A stretch of 64,000 nucleotides of DNA from Alphaproteobacteria bacterium (GCA_964291675.2 OZ219866.1:2848001-2912000); one strand, 5' to 3'. Positions 36,153 through 46,773 are shown, counted from the stretch's first letter. Program-made: numbers and translations. Notes: generated by a model not told the origin, from the letters alone.

Positions 36153-37370
36153 CTACCCCGCCGGGAGCCGGGTTCCGGTCTCGAACTCGATCGCCGCCTG
36201 GTGGTCGCCGGCGATCGCGCGCTCGAAGGCGGCGAGGCGCTTGTAGATCGACATCAGCTCGACGATCGTGGTCCACGAGTTGACCAGGAACTGGAACGAG
36301 TTCTCCACCCGCCCGAAGGCGCGGATGATCTGCTGCATCACGCCGAGGGTGAACGCCGCCGAGACGATGGTCGGCCCGAGCGCGATATAGGGCAGGATCA
36401 CGCCGGCCTGGAGGTAGCCGTAGCGCACGACGTTGAAGTAAAGGTAGTTGAGGTAGAGCCGGAAATAGTTGCGCCGCACGTTGGCGAACAGCTCGCCCAG
36501 CGTCGGCGGCTGCGCCCGGTCCTCGCGGTCCTCGCCGATGACCAGCTCCTTGCGGAAGGCGGCCTCGACCCGCTGGTTGCGGAACTCGAGCCCGGGCAGG
36601 CGGTAGCCGGCGAGCGCCAGGATGCCGGTGCCGAACACCGACCACAGTATGGCGACCCAGACCAGCGCGTAGGCGAGCTCGCCGACCACCGGGATCTCCT
36701 TGATGTGGACCGAGAGCCCCCAGAGGATCGGCAGGAAGGCGATCAGCGTCATCACCGCGTCGATGAACCGCACGCCGAGCGATTCCATGATGCCGGCGAA
36801 CCGCATGGTGTCTTCCTGGACGCGCTGCGAGGCGCCCTCGATATGCCGCACGTTCTGCCACAGCTCGACATAGCGGTCGTTCATCGCGGTCCGCCAGCGG
36901 AACACGAAATGGCTGGTGAAGAAGGCGTTCAGGACGGCGGTGACGATGAACACCATGGCGATGATCAGGAAGGTCGCGAGCTGCGCGTAGTAGTCCTCGA
37001 TCGACACCGCGCCGGGCTTGGCGAGCGCCTTCTGGATGGTGTCGTAGAACCGCCCGAACCACTCGTTGATCATCACGTCGAGCTGCACCTGGAACCAGGT
37101 GACGAAGACGATCAGCGCCGAGCCCGCGACCGACCAGAGCGACCATCGGTGCGGCCGGTACCACATCCAGAAGCCGGCGAAGGCGGCATAGGCGAGGAAC
37201 ACGTAGAGATAGACCCAGACCGTCCTCTCCTCGAGGCCGAACAGCCCCGAGAGGCCGGTCGGGTCGCCCCAGTCGGCGGCCACCAGGTGCCAGAACAGCA
37301 GCGCTGTCAGCGCCCACCCCCCGGCCGAGTAGACCAGGGCGCGTGGGCTGGGGAAAAAGCATCCGAACAT
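36153..37370 (-). CDS. sbmA: peptide transporter SbmA/BacA
   Basis: MFGCFFPSP, FRWRTAMND, IEGASQRVQEDTMRF, LPGLEFRNQRVEAAFRKELV, WTTIVELMSIYKRL. Confidence 0.93.
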   Translation of the reverse strand: MFGCFFPSPRALVYSAGGWALTALLFWHLVAADWGDPTGLSGLFGLEERTVWVYLYVFLAYAAFAGFWMWYRPHRWSLWSVAGSALIVFVTWFQVQLDVMINEWFGRFYDTIQKALAKPGAVSIEDYYAQLATFLIIAMVFIVTAVLNAFFTSHFVFRWRTAMNDRYVELWQNVRHIEGASQRVQEDTMRFAGIMESLGVRFIDAVMTLIAFLPILWGLSVHIKEIPVVGELAYALVWVAILWSVFGTGILALAGYRLPGLEFRNQRVEAAFRKELVIGEDREDRAQPPTLGELFANVRRNYFRLYLNYLYFNVVRYGYLQAGVILPYIALGPTIVSAAFTLGVMQQIIRAFGRVENSFQFLVNSWTTIVELMSIYKRLAAFERAIAGDHQAAIEFETGTRLPAG

Positions 37371-37471
37371 GCGGAGTCCCTTTCGCTAGGGCGACGGGTG
37401 CGCGGGCGTCGTCTCGCCGACGACAAATGCGGAGTTTGCGATACGCGGATGCGCGGAAACGGGGGCGGCGC

Positions 37472-38779
37472 CTAGAGCAGGTTGGGCAGCCAGGTCACCA
37501 CGCCGGGGAAGGCGGCGAAGATCAGCATTCCGATCAGGAAGATGAACACGAACGGCCATGACGCGTTGTAGATGTCCGTCATCGGCACCGATGGCTGAAC
37601 CCCCTTGAAGGCGAACATCGTGTAGCCGAAAGGCGGCGTGATCCCGCCCAGCGTGATGTTGATCAGGAAGAGCAACCAGAACCATATCGGGTCGAAACCG
37701 AGCGGTTGCAAGAGCGGCATGTAGATCGGGATGACCACCAGCATCAGCGCGACCTGGTCGATGAACAGGCAGAGCAGGAAGGGCACCGCCATCAGGATGA
37801 ACAGCAGGACCCAGCGATTGACCTCGACGTCGCTGATGAAGCCGACCAGCGCGGTGGTCGACCCCGAGAAGGCGAGCAGCTGCCCGAACATCTTCGAGCT
37901 CATCATGATGGCGAGGATCATCGCGGTGATCCGCGCCGTCGAATCGCAGGCGTCCCGGATCAGCCGGTAATTCAGCCGGCCGTAGATGCGGGCGACGATG
38001 AGCGTCCCCAGCACCCCGGTGCCGGCCGATTCCTCGGGCGTGGCGATTCCCGCCATGATGGTGCCGAGCACGCCCAGGATGATGATCGTGAAGGGGATCA
38101 TCTTGAGCACCGCGACGCCCCGGTCGCGCCAGGTGACGTCGCCGATATCGTCGGCCACCGCCGGCGCCCGTCCGGGGTCGAGCTTCACCCTGAGCATGAT
38201 ATAGGCGAGGAACAGCCCGGCCAGGATCAGCCCGGGGATGATGCCCGCGATCAGCAGCCTGGCGATCGAGACCTGGGCCAGGCTGCCGATGATGATCACC
38301 AGGATGCTGGGCGGGATGATCGGCGCGAGGCTGGCGCCGGCGAGGATGGTGCCGGTCGAGATGCCGCGGTCGTAGCCGCGCGCGATCAGCCCCGGGAACA
38401 GCGACCGGCCGAGCATCGCCACCACCCCCATCGCCGCGCCCGACAGCGCGCCGAACATGGTCGAGAGCGCGATCGACAGGTAGTAGAGCCGGAGCCGGGA
38501 GCGCCCGACCAGCTTGTCGAGCGAATCGTAGAGCACGTCCATCGCGCCCGAGCGGAACAGGAACTCGCCCATCAGGATGAACAGCGGCACCGCGATCAGC
38601 GTCGGGAAGGTGGTCGTGTCGTACAGGCTGTTGGCGAACATGCCGAACCCGGCCGGGCCGAAATAGACCAGCGTGCCGGCCACGTTGATGATCATGAAGG
38701 CGATGAAGATCGGCGCGCCCGAGAGGAACAGCCCGAGCAGCAGGGTCAGGCCGATGATCAGGACGACATACCACTCCAT
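37472..38779 (-). CDS. dctM: TRAP transporter large permease
   Basis: AVPLFILMGE, IIPPS, ATPEES, ITPPFG. Confidence 0.95.
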   Translation of the reverse strand: MEWYVVLIIGLTLLLGLFLSGAPIFIAFMIINVAGTLVYFGPAGFGMFANSLYDTTTFPTLIAVPLFILMGEFLFRSGAMDVLYDSLDKLVGRSRLRLYYLSIALSTMFGALSGAAMGVVAMLGRSLFPGLIARGYDRGISTGTILAGASLAPIIPPSILVIIIGSLAQVSIARLLIAGIIPGLILAGLFLAYIMLRVKLDPGRAPAVADDIGDVTWRDRGVAVLKMIPFTIIILGVLGTIMAGIATPEESAGTGVLGTLIVARIYGRLNYRLIRDACDSTARITAMILAIMMSSKMFGQLLAFSGSTTALVGFISDVEVNRWVLLFILMAVPFLLCLFIDQVALMLVVIPIYMPLLQPLGFDPIWFWLLFLINITLGGITPPFGYTMFAFKGVQPSVPMTDIYNASWPFVFIFLIGMLIFAAFPGVVTWLPNLL

Positions 38780-38786
38780 CGCCGGG

Positions 38787-39272
38787 TCAGATCCCGGCCT
38801 GGGGTATGCGGTTCAGCGTGCGCACGAAGTAGAGCGAGGCGTTGGCGAGGCCGTAGGGGATGAAGGACGTCACCCACCATTTCGGGATCGCCGTGGTGGT
38901 GTTGGTCAGGATGTCGTTGGCGATCTGCCGCGCCGCCTCCTCGAACGCCATATAGGCGGCGATGGCGCAGACGATGGCGCCGGCGATGGCAGTGATGCGG
39001 GCCACCCAGAGCGCGACCTCGGGCGAGGAGTACTGGAAGATGATGGTCACCGCGACATGACCGCCGTCCTTCACCAGCTGCGGGATGCAGAGGAAGGTCG
39101 CGACCGACAGCATGAAGCTCGACGTGTCGTTGCCCCAGTCGGTGGGCGCGTTGAAGAAGTAGCGCGACGCGACCTCGTAGACATAGAGCACGCCGATCAG
39201 CGCCACCAGGACCACCCCGACGACGAACAGCGCGTAGGTGATCCGGTCGTGGATGCGAAGGACGGCGCTCAT
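38787..39272 (-). CDS. dctQ: TRAP transporter small permease
   Basis: YEVASRYFFNAPTDW, GGHVAV. Confidence 0.92.
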   Translation of the reverse strand: MSAVLRIHDRITYALFVVGVVLVALIGVLYVYEVASRYFFNAPTDWGNDTSSFMLSVATFLCIPQLVKDGGHVAVTIIFQYSSPEVALWVARITAIAGAIVCAIAAYMAFEEAARQIANDILTNTTTAIPKWWVTSFIPYGLANASLYFVRTLNRIPQAGI

Positions 39273-39297
39273 GCCCGCTCACACCGTGCAAGCGTCG

Positions 39298-39327
39298 GCG
39301 GGCAGCCGGAATACGCCGGCTGCCCGC
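39298..39327. other. perfect 12-bp stem-loop between dctP and dctQ (mRNA stabiliser or attenuator)
   Basis: gcgggcagccgg-aatacg-ccggctgcccgc; no U-tract. Confidence 0.6.
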
Positions 39328-39342
39328 AACGGTCTTGCCTGG

Positions 39343-40350
39343 CTACTCGGCGACCATGTTCGCCGCCCGCGCCATATCGACGAATTTCTGCCCGTCCGCC
39401 TTGGAGTACTTCACGACGAGATCGAGAACCCCCTCGTTGAACCACTTGCGGACATGCGGGCGGAACTTTTCGGGATAGTCGTGATAGGTGACGCCCAGCG
39501 CCTCGAGCTGCTTCCTTTCCTTGGCGATGAAGTCGTCGAACCACTCGATCGACCAGTATTCGACCTTCTTGGCTTCCTCGACCAGGATGGTCTGCAGCCC
39601 CTTCGGCAGCTTGTTGAAGGCGTTGAGGTTGATCAGCGTGAAGCTGCGCGACACGCCGAGCGTCGGCCGCATCACGTACTTGGCGCCGGCCTCGTAGAAC
39701 TTGGTCGCCAGCAGCCCGTAGACCGGCCAGCAATAGCCGTCGACCACGCCCTTCTCCAGCGCGGTGTAGATCTGGCCGAAGGTGAGCACCACCGGCGAGC
39801 CGCCGAGCTTCTTGATCAGCGGGTGGTAGGTCGAGGTGCCGCGGATCTTGCGCCCCTTGATCCCGGTCTCGGGATCGGGAAGCGACTTGAGCACCATGTG
39901 GTAGCCATCGTGCCCCGTCGGCGTCAGGGCCAGCAGCTTGAGCCCGTGCCGCTTCTCGTAGTTCTTGCTGATGTACTCGAACAGCCCCGATTCGCGCAGC
40001 TTACCGGGGTCGAGCTTGAGCGCGTCGACGCCGATCAGCAGCCCGTTGCTGCCGCCGTGATAGGCGCCGTGGCTGAACAGGAAGTCGAACACGCCGGCCG
40101 AGACCGGGTTGAGCTGCTCCAGCGGCGGCACCACCTCGGGCCCCACCTGGGAGAGCTTGAGCTCGCCGGCGGCGGCCTGCTCCACCTGCTCGTGATACCG
40201 CTCGATGATCCGCACCGCGTCGATGACCGGCGGCCAGCTCCTGAGGATCTTGAGGCTCGATCCGGCGACCGCCTGGGACGCGGCGGTTCCGAGCACGGCG
40301 GCCGTTCCGATGACGATGGCGAGCGACGTCAGCACGCGTCTGGCAGACAT
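39343..40350 (-). CDS. dctP: TRAP transporter substrate-binding protein
   Basis: Sec signal MSARRVLTSLAIV; GPEVVPPLEQ, KGRKIRG, YTALEKGVVDG. Confidence 0.93.
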   Translation of the reverse strand: MSARRVLTSLAIVIGTAAVLGTAASQAVAGSSLKILRSWPPVIDAVRIIERYHEQVEQAAAGELKLSQVGPEVVPPLEQLNPVSAGVFDFLFSHGAYHGGSNGLLIGVDALKLDPGKLRESGLFEYISKNYEKRHGLKLLALTPTGHDGYHMVLKSLPDPETGIKGRKIRGTSTYHPLIKKLGGSPVVLTFGQIYTALEKGVVDGYCWPVYGLLATKFYEAGAKYVMRPTLGVSRSFTLINLNAFNKLPKGLQTILVEEAKKVEYWSIEWFDDFIAKERKQLEALGVTYHDYPEKFRPHVRKWFNEGVLDLVVKYSKADGQKFVDMARAANMVAE

Positions 40351-40563
40351 GGGCGTTTCTCCCTTCCTGGCTCCCTGGACGACAGGACCCCAATCGTACG
40401 GTTGCAGTACCCGGGAAATCAACCGGACGAAGACGCGGGCGGGCGATCGGGCGGGACGGGAGGCCGACCGCGCCGCCCACCGGAACGGCGGGTCCCGGTT
40501 TGCTATGATGGATGCCGATGACAGGGAAGCGGGGTGCGCGTCATCCCCGCCGGAGACAGCCCG

Positions 40564-41295
40564 ATGCGCGTTCTCGTCCTGCAGCACATCGCCTGCGAGC
40601 ACCCCGGCATCTTTCGCGACTTCATGGCGGAAGACGGCATCGAGTGGCGCGCGGTGGAGCTCGACGAGGGCGAGCCGATCCCCGAGCTCGACTTCTACGA
40701 CGTGCTGGTCAGCATGGGCGGCCCGATGGATGTGTGGCAGAAGGACGAGCATCCCTGGATCGCGGCGGAGCTCGCGGCGATCCGCGAATGGGTGGAGCGA
40801 TCGCGGCGCCCCTTCCTCGGCTTCTGCCTCGGCCACCAGCTGCTCGCGGAAGCGCTGGGCGGCGAGGTGGGGCCGGCCGCGCAGCCGGAGATCGGGGTGA
40901 TGCCGGTGCGGCTCACCGATGCCGGGTGCGCGAGCCCCTTCCTCAGGGACGTCCCCGGGGAATTCCGCTGCCTGCAATGGCACAGCGCGGAGGTCGTCCG
41001 GCCGCCGCCCGGCGCCGAAGTCCTGATCTCTTCGCCCGCTTGCGCGGTCAATGCGATGTCCTGGGCGGACCACGCCTTCTCGATGCAGTTCCATGTCGAG
41101 CTCACCCCCGGCACGGTCTCCGAATGGGGCGAGATCCCGGAATACGCCGCGGCGCTCGAAGCCGCGCTCGGCGCGGGCGCGCTGGCCCGGCTCGACGCCG
41201 CCGCCGCCGCCGACATGCCGGGCTTCGCATCGCTCTCGCGCACCCTCTACCGCAACTTCATGGACGCGGCGCGCCTCAACCCGGCGACTCCGTAG
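40564..41295 (+). CDS. class I glutamine amidotransferase (stand-alone)
   Basis: VLQHIACEHPG, MGGPMDV, GFCLGHQL, QWH, MQFHVE (Cys-His-Glu triad). Confidence 0.92.
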   Translation: MRVLVLQHIACEHPGIFRDFMAEDGIEWRAVELDEGEPIPELDFYDVLVSMGGPMDVWQKDEHPWIAAELAAIREWVERSRRPFLGFCLGHQLLAEALGGEVGPAAQPEIGVMPVRLTDAGCASPFLRDVPGEFRCLQWHSAEVVRPPPGAEVLISSPACAVNAMSWADHAFSMQFHVELTPGTVSEWGEIPEYAAALEAALGAGALARLDAAAAADMPGFASLSRTLYRNFMDAARLNPATP

Positions 41296-41358
41296 GGACG
41301 GCGCCGCGCCGGCCCCGGACTGCGATCCAAGCGGCGGGGCGCTTGAGGCAGAGCGTGA

Positions 41359-41390
41359 TTTACACTATATTCTACTATGTAGAGTATCTC
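41359..41390 (+). promoter_or_regulatory. AT-rich promoter/operator of the RES TA pair
   Basis: TTTACA followed by the imperfect inverted repeat atattctac-tat-gtagagtat (41367-41387) in otherwise GC-rich DNA. Confidence 0.55.
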
Positions 41391-41416
41391 ATGCATCCCG
41401 TCGGAATTACGCTGCC

Positions 41417-42091
41417 ATGCCCGAGCCGCTGTCGCTGATCGATCTGACGTCCGACGACATCGCGGAGCTTCCCGCCCGGCTGCGCGAGAAGATCGGCGAA
41501 TCGGGCCACGAAACGGCCGCGCCCGCCGAGATGTGGCTGCTCGTGGGCGATGCATCCGAGGGGTTGGCGGAGCTGGTCGAACGCACGGTCGGGACGCTGC
41601 CTTCGCTCGCGGCCGAGCGCCGGGTTCGGCTGACCGAGGCCGATATCGAGAAGCTGCTGGACGTGCTTCTCGCCGGCGCGCCGCGGGCGCAGGTCGAGAC
41701 CGAGCTTGCCGTCGACAATGCCAGGCTGCGCTCCGACTATCTCCGGGAAACCCCGCTCCTGACCGCGGCCGAGATCCGCGCCGCTTCGGGCCTCAACCCG
41801 CGCAACAGGAGCGAGCCCGCCTCGCGCTGGAAACGCGAGGGCAGGCTGTTCGCGGTCCGCCGGTCGGGGATCGACCTCTTCCCGGAATTCCAGCTCGTGG
41901 ACGGGGTGCCGCGGCGGCCCGTGAAGGCGATCCTCGCGGCGCTCCCCGCCGGCATGACCGGCTGGCAGATCGCGATGTGGTTCGCATCGGGCAATGGCTG
42001 GCTCGACGGCGCGGCGCCGCAGGAACGCCTCGCCGACCCCGACTCCGTGGTCGAGGCGGCCCGCAGGCTCGCCGATCCCGCCATCGGCTAG
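41417..42091 (+). CDS. antitoxin partner of RES toxin (MbcA/Xre-like C-terminus)
   Basis: ASRWKREGRLFAV...FPEFQ, WQIAMWFASGNGWLDGAAP; directly upstream of the RES gene. Confidence 0.78.
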   Translation: MPEPLSLIDLTSDDIAELPARLREKIGESGHETAAPAEMWLLVGDASEGLAELVERTVGTLPSLAAERRVRLTEADIEKLLDVLLAGAPRAQVETELAVDNARLRSDYLRETPLLTAAEIRAASGLNPRNRSEPASRWKREGRLFAVRRSGIDLFPEFQLVDGVPRRPVKAILAALPAGMTGWQIAMWFASGNGWLDGAAPQERLADPDSVVEAARRLADPAIG

Positions 42092-42105
42092 GGCGAGCCC
42101 GGGTC

Positions 42106-42741
42106 ATGGCGCTTCGCCCGCCGCCGGCCCCGCTCGCCCGCCCCAACATCGTCGCGCTCCCGGCCGGCGCGACGGTGGAGCGCGTGCACGACCGGCGCTA
42201 CGGCAGCGCCGAATTCAACCCCTGCAAGGGCGCGCCCACGCGCTTCGCGCCGATCCGCGACGCCGAGGGACGCTGCATCCCTTCGCTCTACGCCGCGAGC
42301 AACGTGGAAGCGGCGATCCACGAGACGATCTTTCACGACGTTCCCGCCGGCGCGAGGCGCGCGACGGTGCCGGCAACTCTGGTGCGCGCCCGTGCGCATG
42401 GCCGGCTCGAAGCCGGGCGCCGCTTCCGCCTCGCCTCGCTCCGCGCGCCCGACCTCAGGCGCTGGCGGATCGCGCAGACTTCGCTGATCGGCGCCCCGCC
42501 CGGGCGCTACGCGGAGACCGCCCGCTGGGCCGCCGCCATCCACCGTGAATTTCCCGAGATCGAGGGGCTGGTGTGGACCTCCGGCCGCTGCGACCCGGAT
42601 AGCGCCTGGCTGTTCTTCGGCGACCGGGTGGCGCCGGAGGATTTCCGGGTCGCCGCGCTGCGCGACGGGCAGAGCGACGCGAGCCTCCTGGCGGATGTGC
42701 GCGCGGCGGGCAGGCGCTGCGGAATTGCGATCGCGGTGTGA
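42106..42741 (+). CDS. RES-domain toxin (NAD+ phosphorylase-like)
   Basis: Conserved R (TRFAP), E (AAIHETIFH) and S (GLVWTSGR); SLYAA; FFGDR. Confidence 0.88.
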   Translation: MALRPPPAPLARPNIVALPAGATVERVHDRRYGSAEFNPCKGAPTRFAPIRDAEGRCIPSLYAASNVEAAIHETIFHDVPAGARRATVPATLVRARAHGRLEAGRRFRLASLRAPDLRRWRIAQTSLIGAPPGRYAETARWAAAIHREFPEIEGLVWTSGRCDPDSAWLFFGDRVAPEDFRVAALRDGQSDASLLADVRAAGRRCGIAIAV

Positions 42742-42977
42742 TGGAGGAGGGCGGGGACGCGCATTCCGCGAGCGCCACCGCGACACCGATACGCCGGTCA
42801 CGATCGCGCATTTCCAACAACCGCCAGCCGATCCGGGATCGCCTTGCGGTGGCGGTGGCACGCGATGACAAGGGCGTCCTCGTGCAAGGGCTGGCAGGAT
42901 AGGCGACCGTCGACTACAAGGACTCCCACCACACCAAGTGCCCGATGAAATGGTAGCGACGCGCGATGGGAGGTCCG

Positions 42978-43412
42978 ATGGAAATTCAGGACAACGCGCC
43001 GGTCTTCCTCGCCCTCGTCGTCCGCGATATCGAGCGGTCGATCGGCTTCTACCGGGACGTGCTGGGCATGCAGGAGATCAAGCGCGTCGACGTCTCCGAT
43101 GCCAAGGCGGCGAAAGGCGGGTTCGCCAAACGGGGGTTCCGTTTCCGCACCTTCCGGATGGGGCCGCTCGCCCTGAAGCTGGTCCAGGTCAAGGGCGAGC
43201 CGGCCTCCACAAGGGGTCTGGTCGACGACTTCACGGGGGTCAGGTACATCGCCTTCGCCGTGGACGACATCGACGCGATGATGCGCCAGCTTACGGATCG
43301 GGGCGTCGAGTTCGCCTCGGAGATCCTGCCGCCGGAGCCCGATCAGGGCGTTGCCCGGCTGGTGTTCTTCAAGGACCCGGACGGGAACCTGCTCGAGCTC
43401 TACGGCGATTAG
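42978..43412 (+). CDS. VOC/glyoxalase family protein
   Basis: ALVVRDIERSIGFYRDVLGM, IAFAVDDID, FFKDPDGNLLEL. Confidence 0.92.
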   Translation: MEIQDNAPVFLALVVRDIERSIGFYRDVLGMQEIKRVDVSDAKAAKGGFAKRGFRFRTFRMGPLALKLVQVKGEPASTRGLVDDFTGVRYIAFAVDDIDAMMRQLTDRGVEFASEILPPEPDQGVARLVFFKDPDGNLLELYGD

Positions 43413-43428
43413 GAAGGAAACGCCGCCC

Positions 43429-44607
43429 TCAGTCCCCGGCGAGCGTCTGGCTGGCGACGATCAGCTTCTGGATCTCGCTGGTGCCCTCGTAGATTCGGAG
43501 CGCCCGGATCTCGCGGTACAGGCGCTCGACCGGGTTGCCGACGATCACCCCCTGGCCGCCGAACACCTGGACCGCCTGGTCGACCACCTCCTGCGCGGCC
43601 TCGGTGGCGTAGAGCTTGGCGATCGCCGCCTCGCGGGTCACCCGGCCCCGGAAGCGGTCCTTGGTCCAGGCCGAGCGGTAGGCGAGCAGCGCCGCCGCGT
43701 CGATCTTCACCGCCATGTCGGCGATCTTCTCCTGGATGAGCTGGGTGTCCGCGATCGGCCTGCCGAAGGCGATCCGTCCGCGGCTCCGCGCCAGGGTCTC
43801 GTCGAGCGCCCGGCGGGCGAAGCCGAGCGCGGCGGCGGCGACGGTCGAGCGGAACACGTCGAGCGAGGCCATCGCCACTTTGAAGCCGTCCCCGGGCGCG
43901 GCCAGCATCTGCGTCGCCGGCACCCGGCAGGACGAGAGGCGGACGCGGCCCAGCGGGTGCGGCGCGATCACCGGGAAGCGTTCCGGCACGTCGAGCCCGG
44001 GCGTCTCCGCATCGACCACGAAGGCCGACAGCCCCTTCGCGCCCTCGCCCTCGCCGGTGCGCGCGAAGACGACGTATTGCGCGGCGATCCCGGCATTGGA
44101 GATCAGCGTCTTCTCGCCGTCGAGCACATAGTCCGTCCCGTCGGCCCGGGCCGTCGTGGTCATCGCCGCCACGTCCGAGCCGCTCGCCGGCTCGCTCAGC
44201 GCGAACGCCGCGATGCGCTCGCCCGACGCGGTTCCCGGCAAATAGCGCGATTTCAGCGCCTCGCTGCCGAACAGCGAGATGGCGCCGGTGCCGAGCCCCT
44301 GCATGACGAAGCAGAAATCGGCGAGGCCGGAGCGGTAGGCGAGGATCTCGCGGATCAGGCAGAGGCTGCGCACGTCGAGCGCGTCCGCCGCCCCGCCATG
44401 CGATCCCGACACGCAGTAGCGCAGCCAGCCGCCCTCGGCCAGCAGCCCGACCAGGCGGCGGCACAGCGCATCGAGCGCCGCGTCGCCGCGCGGCTCCTCG
44501 TGCTCCAGCGGGGCGACGGCATTGCTTGCCCACGCGTCCACGTCCACCGCCAGCGCGCGGTGCGAATCGTCGAAGAACGGCCAGTCGAGGAAGCTGCGGT
44601 CGGCCAT
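43429..44607 (-). CDS. acyl-CoA dehydrogenase (2-aminobenzoyl-CoA cluster type)
   Basis: [47 protein letters not shown]. Confidence 0.93.
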   Translation of the reverse strand: MADRSFLDWPFFDDSHRALAVDVDAWASNAVAPLEHEEPRGDAALDALCRRLVGLLAEGGWLRYCVSGSHGGAADALDVRSLCLIREILAYRSGLADFCFVMQGLGTGAISLFGSEALKSRYLPGTASGERIAAFALSEPASGSDVAAMTTTARADGTDYVLDGEKTLISNAGIAAQYVVFARTGEGEGAKGLSAFVVDAETPGLDVPERFPVIAPHPLGRVRLSSCRVPATQMLAAPGDGFKVAMASLDVFRSTVAAAALGFARRALDETLARSRGRIAFGRPIADTQLIQEKIADMAVKIDAAALLAYRSAWTKDRFRGRVTREAAIAKLYATEAAQEVVDQAVQVFGGQGVIVGNPVERLYREIRALRIYEGTSEIQKLIVASQTLAGD

Positions 44608-45425
44608 CAGTCGCCCTCGAAGACCGGGCGTTGCTTCCTGGCGAAGGCCTCGTAGGCGCGCCTGAAATCCCTGGTCTGCATGCAGATCGCCTGGGCGTCG
44701 GCCTCGGCGTCGATGGCGTCGTCGAGCGCCATCGGCCATTCCCGGTGCAGCATGCGCTTGGTCATGGCGTGCGCGAAGCTCGGCCCCTCGGCAAGCTTCT
44801 TCGCTTCTGCCTGGGCGGTCGCCAGCACCTCGTCGGGCGGGCACAGCCGGTTGAAGAAGCCCCACGCATGCGCCTCCGCGCCGCCCATGCTGCGCCCCGA
44901 ATAGAGCAGCTCGGCGGCGCGGCCCTGGCCGATGATGCGCGGCAGGACGCTGCACGCCCCCATGTCGCAGCCGGCGAGCCCCACGCGGACGAACAGGAAG
45001 GCGACCTTCGCGGCCTCGGTGCCGAAGCGCATGTCCGAATGCATGGCGATGGCGGCCCCCGCGCCGGCGCAGATGCCGTCGATGGCGGCGACGATCGGCT
45101 GCGGGCAGGCGCGCATCGCCTTCACCAGATCGCCGGTCATGCGGGTGAAGTCGAGGAGCTCCGGCATGTCCATCTCGATCAGCGGGCCGATGATGTCGTG
45201 CACGTCGCCGCCCGAGCAGAAATTCCCGCCCGCCCCGGTCACCACCACCGCCTTCACGTCGTCGGCGTATCTCAGCGCGCGGAAGGTGTCGCGGATCTCG
45301 GCATAGGACTGGAAGGTCAGCGGGTTCTTGCGGTCCGGCCGGTTGATGGTGAGCGTCCCCACCTTGCCCTCGACCGACCAGTCGAAATGCTGCGGCGCGA
45401 GCTCAGCGCCGACGATCTTGTTCAT
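44607..45425 (-). CDS. enoyl-CoA hydratase family protein
   Basis: [34 protein letters not shown]. Confidence 0.93.
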   Translation of the reverse strand: MNKIVGAELAPQHFDWSVEGKVGTLTINRPDRKNPLTFQSYAEIRDTFRALRYADDVKAVVVTGAGGNFCSGGDVHDIIGPLIEMDMPELLDFTRMTGDLVKAMRACPQPIVAAIDGICAGAGAAIAMHSDMRFGTEAAKVAFLFVRVGLAGCDMGACSVLPRIIGQGRAAELLYSGRSMGGAEAHAWGFFNRLCPPDEVLATAQAEAKKLAEGPSFAHAMTKRMLHREWPMALDDAIDAEADAQAICMQTRDFRRAYEAFARKQRPVFEGD

Positions 45426-45945
45426 CCGCGTCCTCCATCGTCTCCCCGGAATCGAGCACCGCCGATTTGAGGCGCCCGAGCAGGGCGAACAGCGCCTCCT
45501 TCTCCTCGCGCGCGAGCCCGTCCATCATCCCGGTCACCCAGCGCCGGTTGTCGGCCGCCATGCGCGCGAACAGCGCCGCCCCCGCCGCCGTCAGCTCGAC
45601 CTTCCGGACCCGCCGGTCGCCCGCGGCGCCCCGGCGCGCAACCATCCCCTCGCGCGCCAGCCGGTCGACCAGCCCGGTGACGTTGCCGTTGGTCACCATG
45701 AGGCGGCGCGACAGATCGCCCATCGAGAGCGGCTTGCCGGCGCGCTGGAGCTGGGCGAGCACGTCGAAGCGGGGCAGCGTGGTCTCGAAATTGCGGTGCA
45801 GGCCGTGGCGCACGCCGTGCTCGATCAGCGTGGAGCAGGTCAGCAGCCTGAGCCAGACGCGGAGCTCCAGCCCGTCATCGGCGCCGAGGCCGGTCTCGAA
45901 ATCGTCGATCCGGGGCTCGCCCCCGGCGCCGGCGGCGTCCTCCAT
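45403..45945 (-). CDS. MarR family transcriptional regulator
   Basis: [37 protein letters not shown]. Confidence 0.93.
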   Translation of the reverse strand: MEDAAGAGGEPRIDDFETGLGADDGLELRVWLRLLTCSTLIEHGVRHGLHRNFETTLPRFDVLAQLQRAGKPLSMGDLSRRLMVTNGNVTGLVDRLAREGMVARRGAAGDRRVRKVELTAAGAALFARMAADNRRWVTGMMDGLAREEKEALFALLGRLKSAVLDSGETMEDADEQDRRR

Positions 45946-46730
45946 CACATCGCCTCGCCGCCGGCCACCGCGATCGCCTGGCCGGTGATCGCCGACGACG
46001 ACGGAAGGCAGAGCCAGGCAACCGTATCGGCCACCTCCCCGGGCTGCACCAGCCTTCCCTGCGGGTTGATCCGCGTGAGCTCGCGCCGCGCCTCGTCCTC
46101 GCCGCGCCCGGTCTTGGCGGCGACGTTGGCGATCGCGCGGGCCGCCATGTCGGTCTCGGTGAAGCCGGGGCAGACCGCGTTGACCGTAACCCCGCTGCGC
46201 GCCGCCTCGATGGCGAGCGCGCGGGTGAGCCCCACCACCCCGTGCTTCGATGCGCAATAGGCGACCGTGTAGGCGTAGCCCTTGATGCCCGCGGTGGAGG
46301 CGATGTTGACGATGCGCCCCCAGCCCGCCTTGGCCATCGCCGGGAAGGCGAGCCGCATGCAGCGGAACGTGCCGGTCAGGTTGGTCGCGATCGTGCGGTC
46401 CCAGTGGCCGTCGTCGATGCGGGCGAACGGCGCGCTCTCGGCGATGCCGGCGTTGTTGATCAGGATCGACACCGGCTCCGCGCGGTCGAACACGGCGGCC
46501 ATCGAGTCCTCTCGGTCGACGTCGCCCGCGACGGTCGCGACCGCGACGGGGGCGGACCCGCGAAGCGCCGCCGCGGTCTCCTCCAGCTTCGCCTCGTCGC
46601 GGCCGACCAGGGTGAGGTCGGCGCCGAGCCCGGCGAGCGCATGGGCCACCGCGGCGCCGATTCCCCGCCCGCCGCCGGTGATCAGCGCGTGGCGGCCGGC
46701 GAGCGGCCGGGCTGTTTCGGTCTCGGGCAT
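45945..46730 (-). CDS. SDR family oxidoreductase (3-hydroxyacyl-CoA/3-hydroxybutyrate dehydrogenase-like)
   Basis: TGGGRGIG, NNAG, YCASKHG, NPQGRL. Confidence 0.92.
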   Translation of the reverse strand: MPETETARPLAGRHALITGGGRGIGAAVAHALAGLGADLTLVGRDEAKLEETAAALRGSAPVAVATVAGDVDREDSMAAVFDRAEPVSILINNAGIAESAPFARIDDGHWDRTIATNLTGTFRCMRLAFPAMAKAGWGRIVNIASTAGIKGYAYTVAYCASKHGVVGLTRALAIEAARSGVTVNAVCPGFTETDMAARAIANVAAKTGRGEDEARRELTRINPQGRLVQPGEVADTVAWLCLPSSSAITGQAIAVAGGEAM

Positions 46731-46749
46731 GGCGGGCTCGACCCTTCGC

Positions 46750-46773
46750 GGTTATTTTATGCTTAAAACAACC
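46750..46773. promoter_or_regulatory. AT-rich palindrome, probable MarR operator in a divergent promoter
   Basis: ggttatttta-tgct-taaaacaacc (9 of 10 positions symmetric) between divergent SDR and RidA genes. Confidence 0.65.

Noticed and set aside
42742-42970. Possible gene remnant or sRNA after the RES toxin
   Set aside because: No recognisable motif, convincing ORF or stable structure that I can support.
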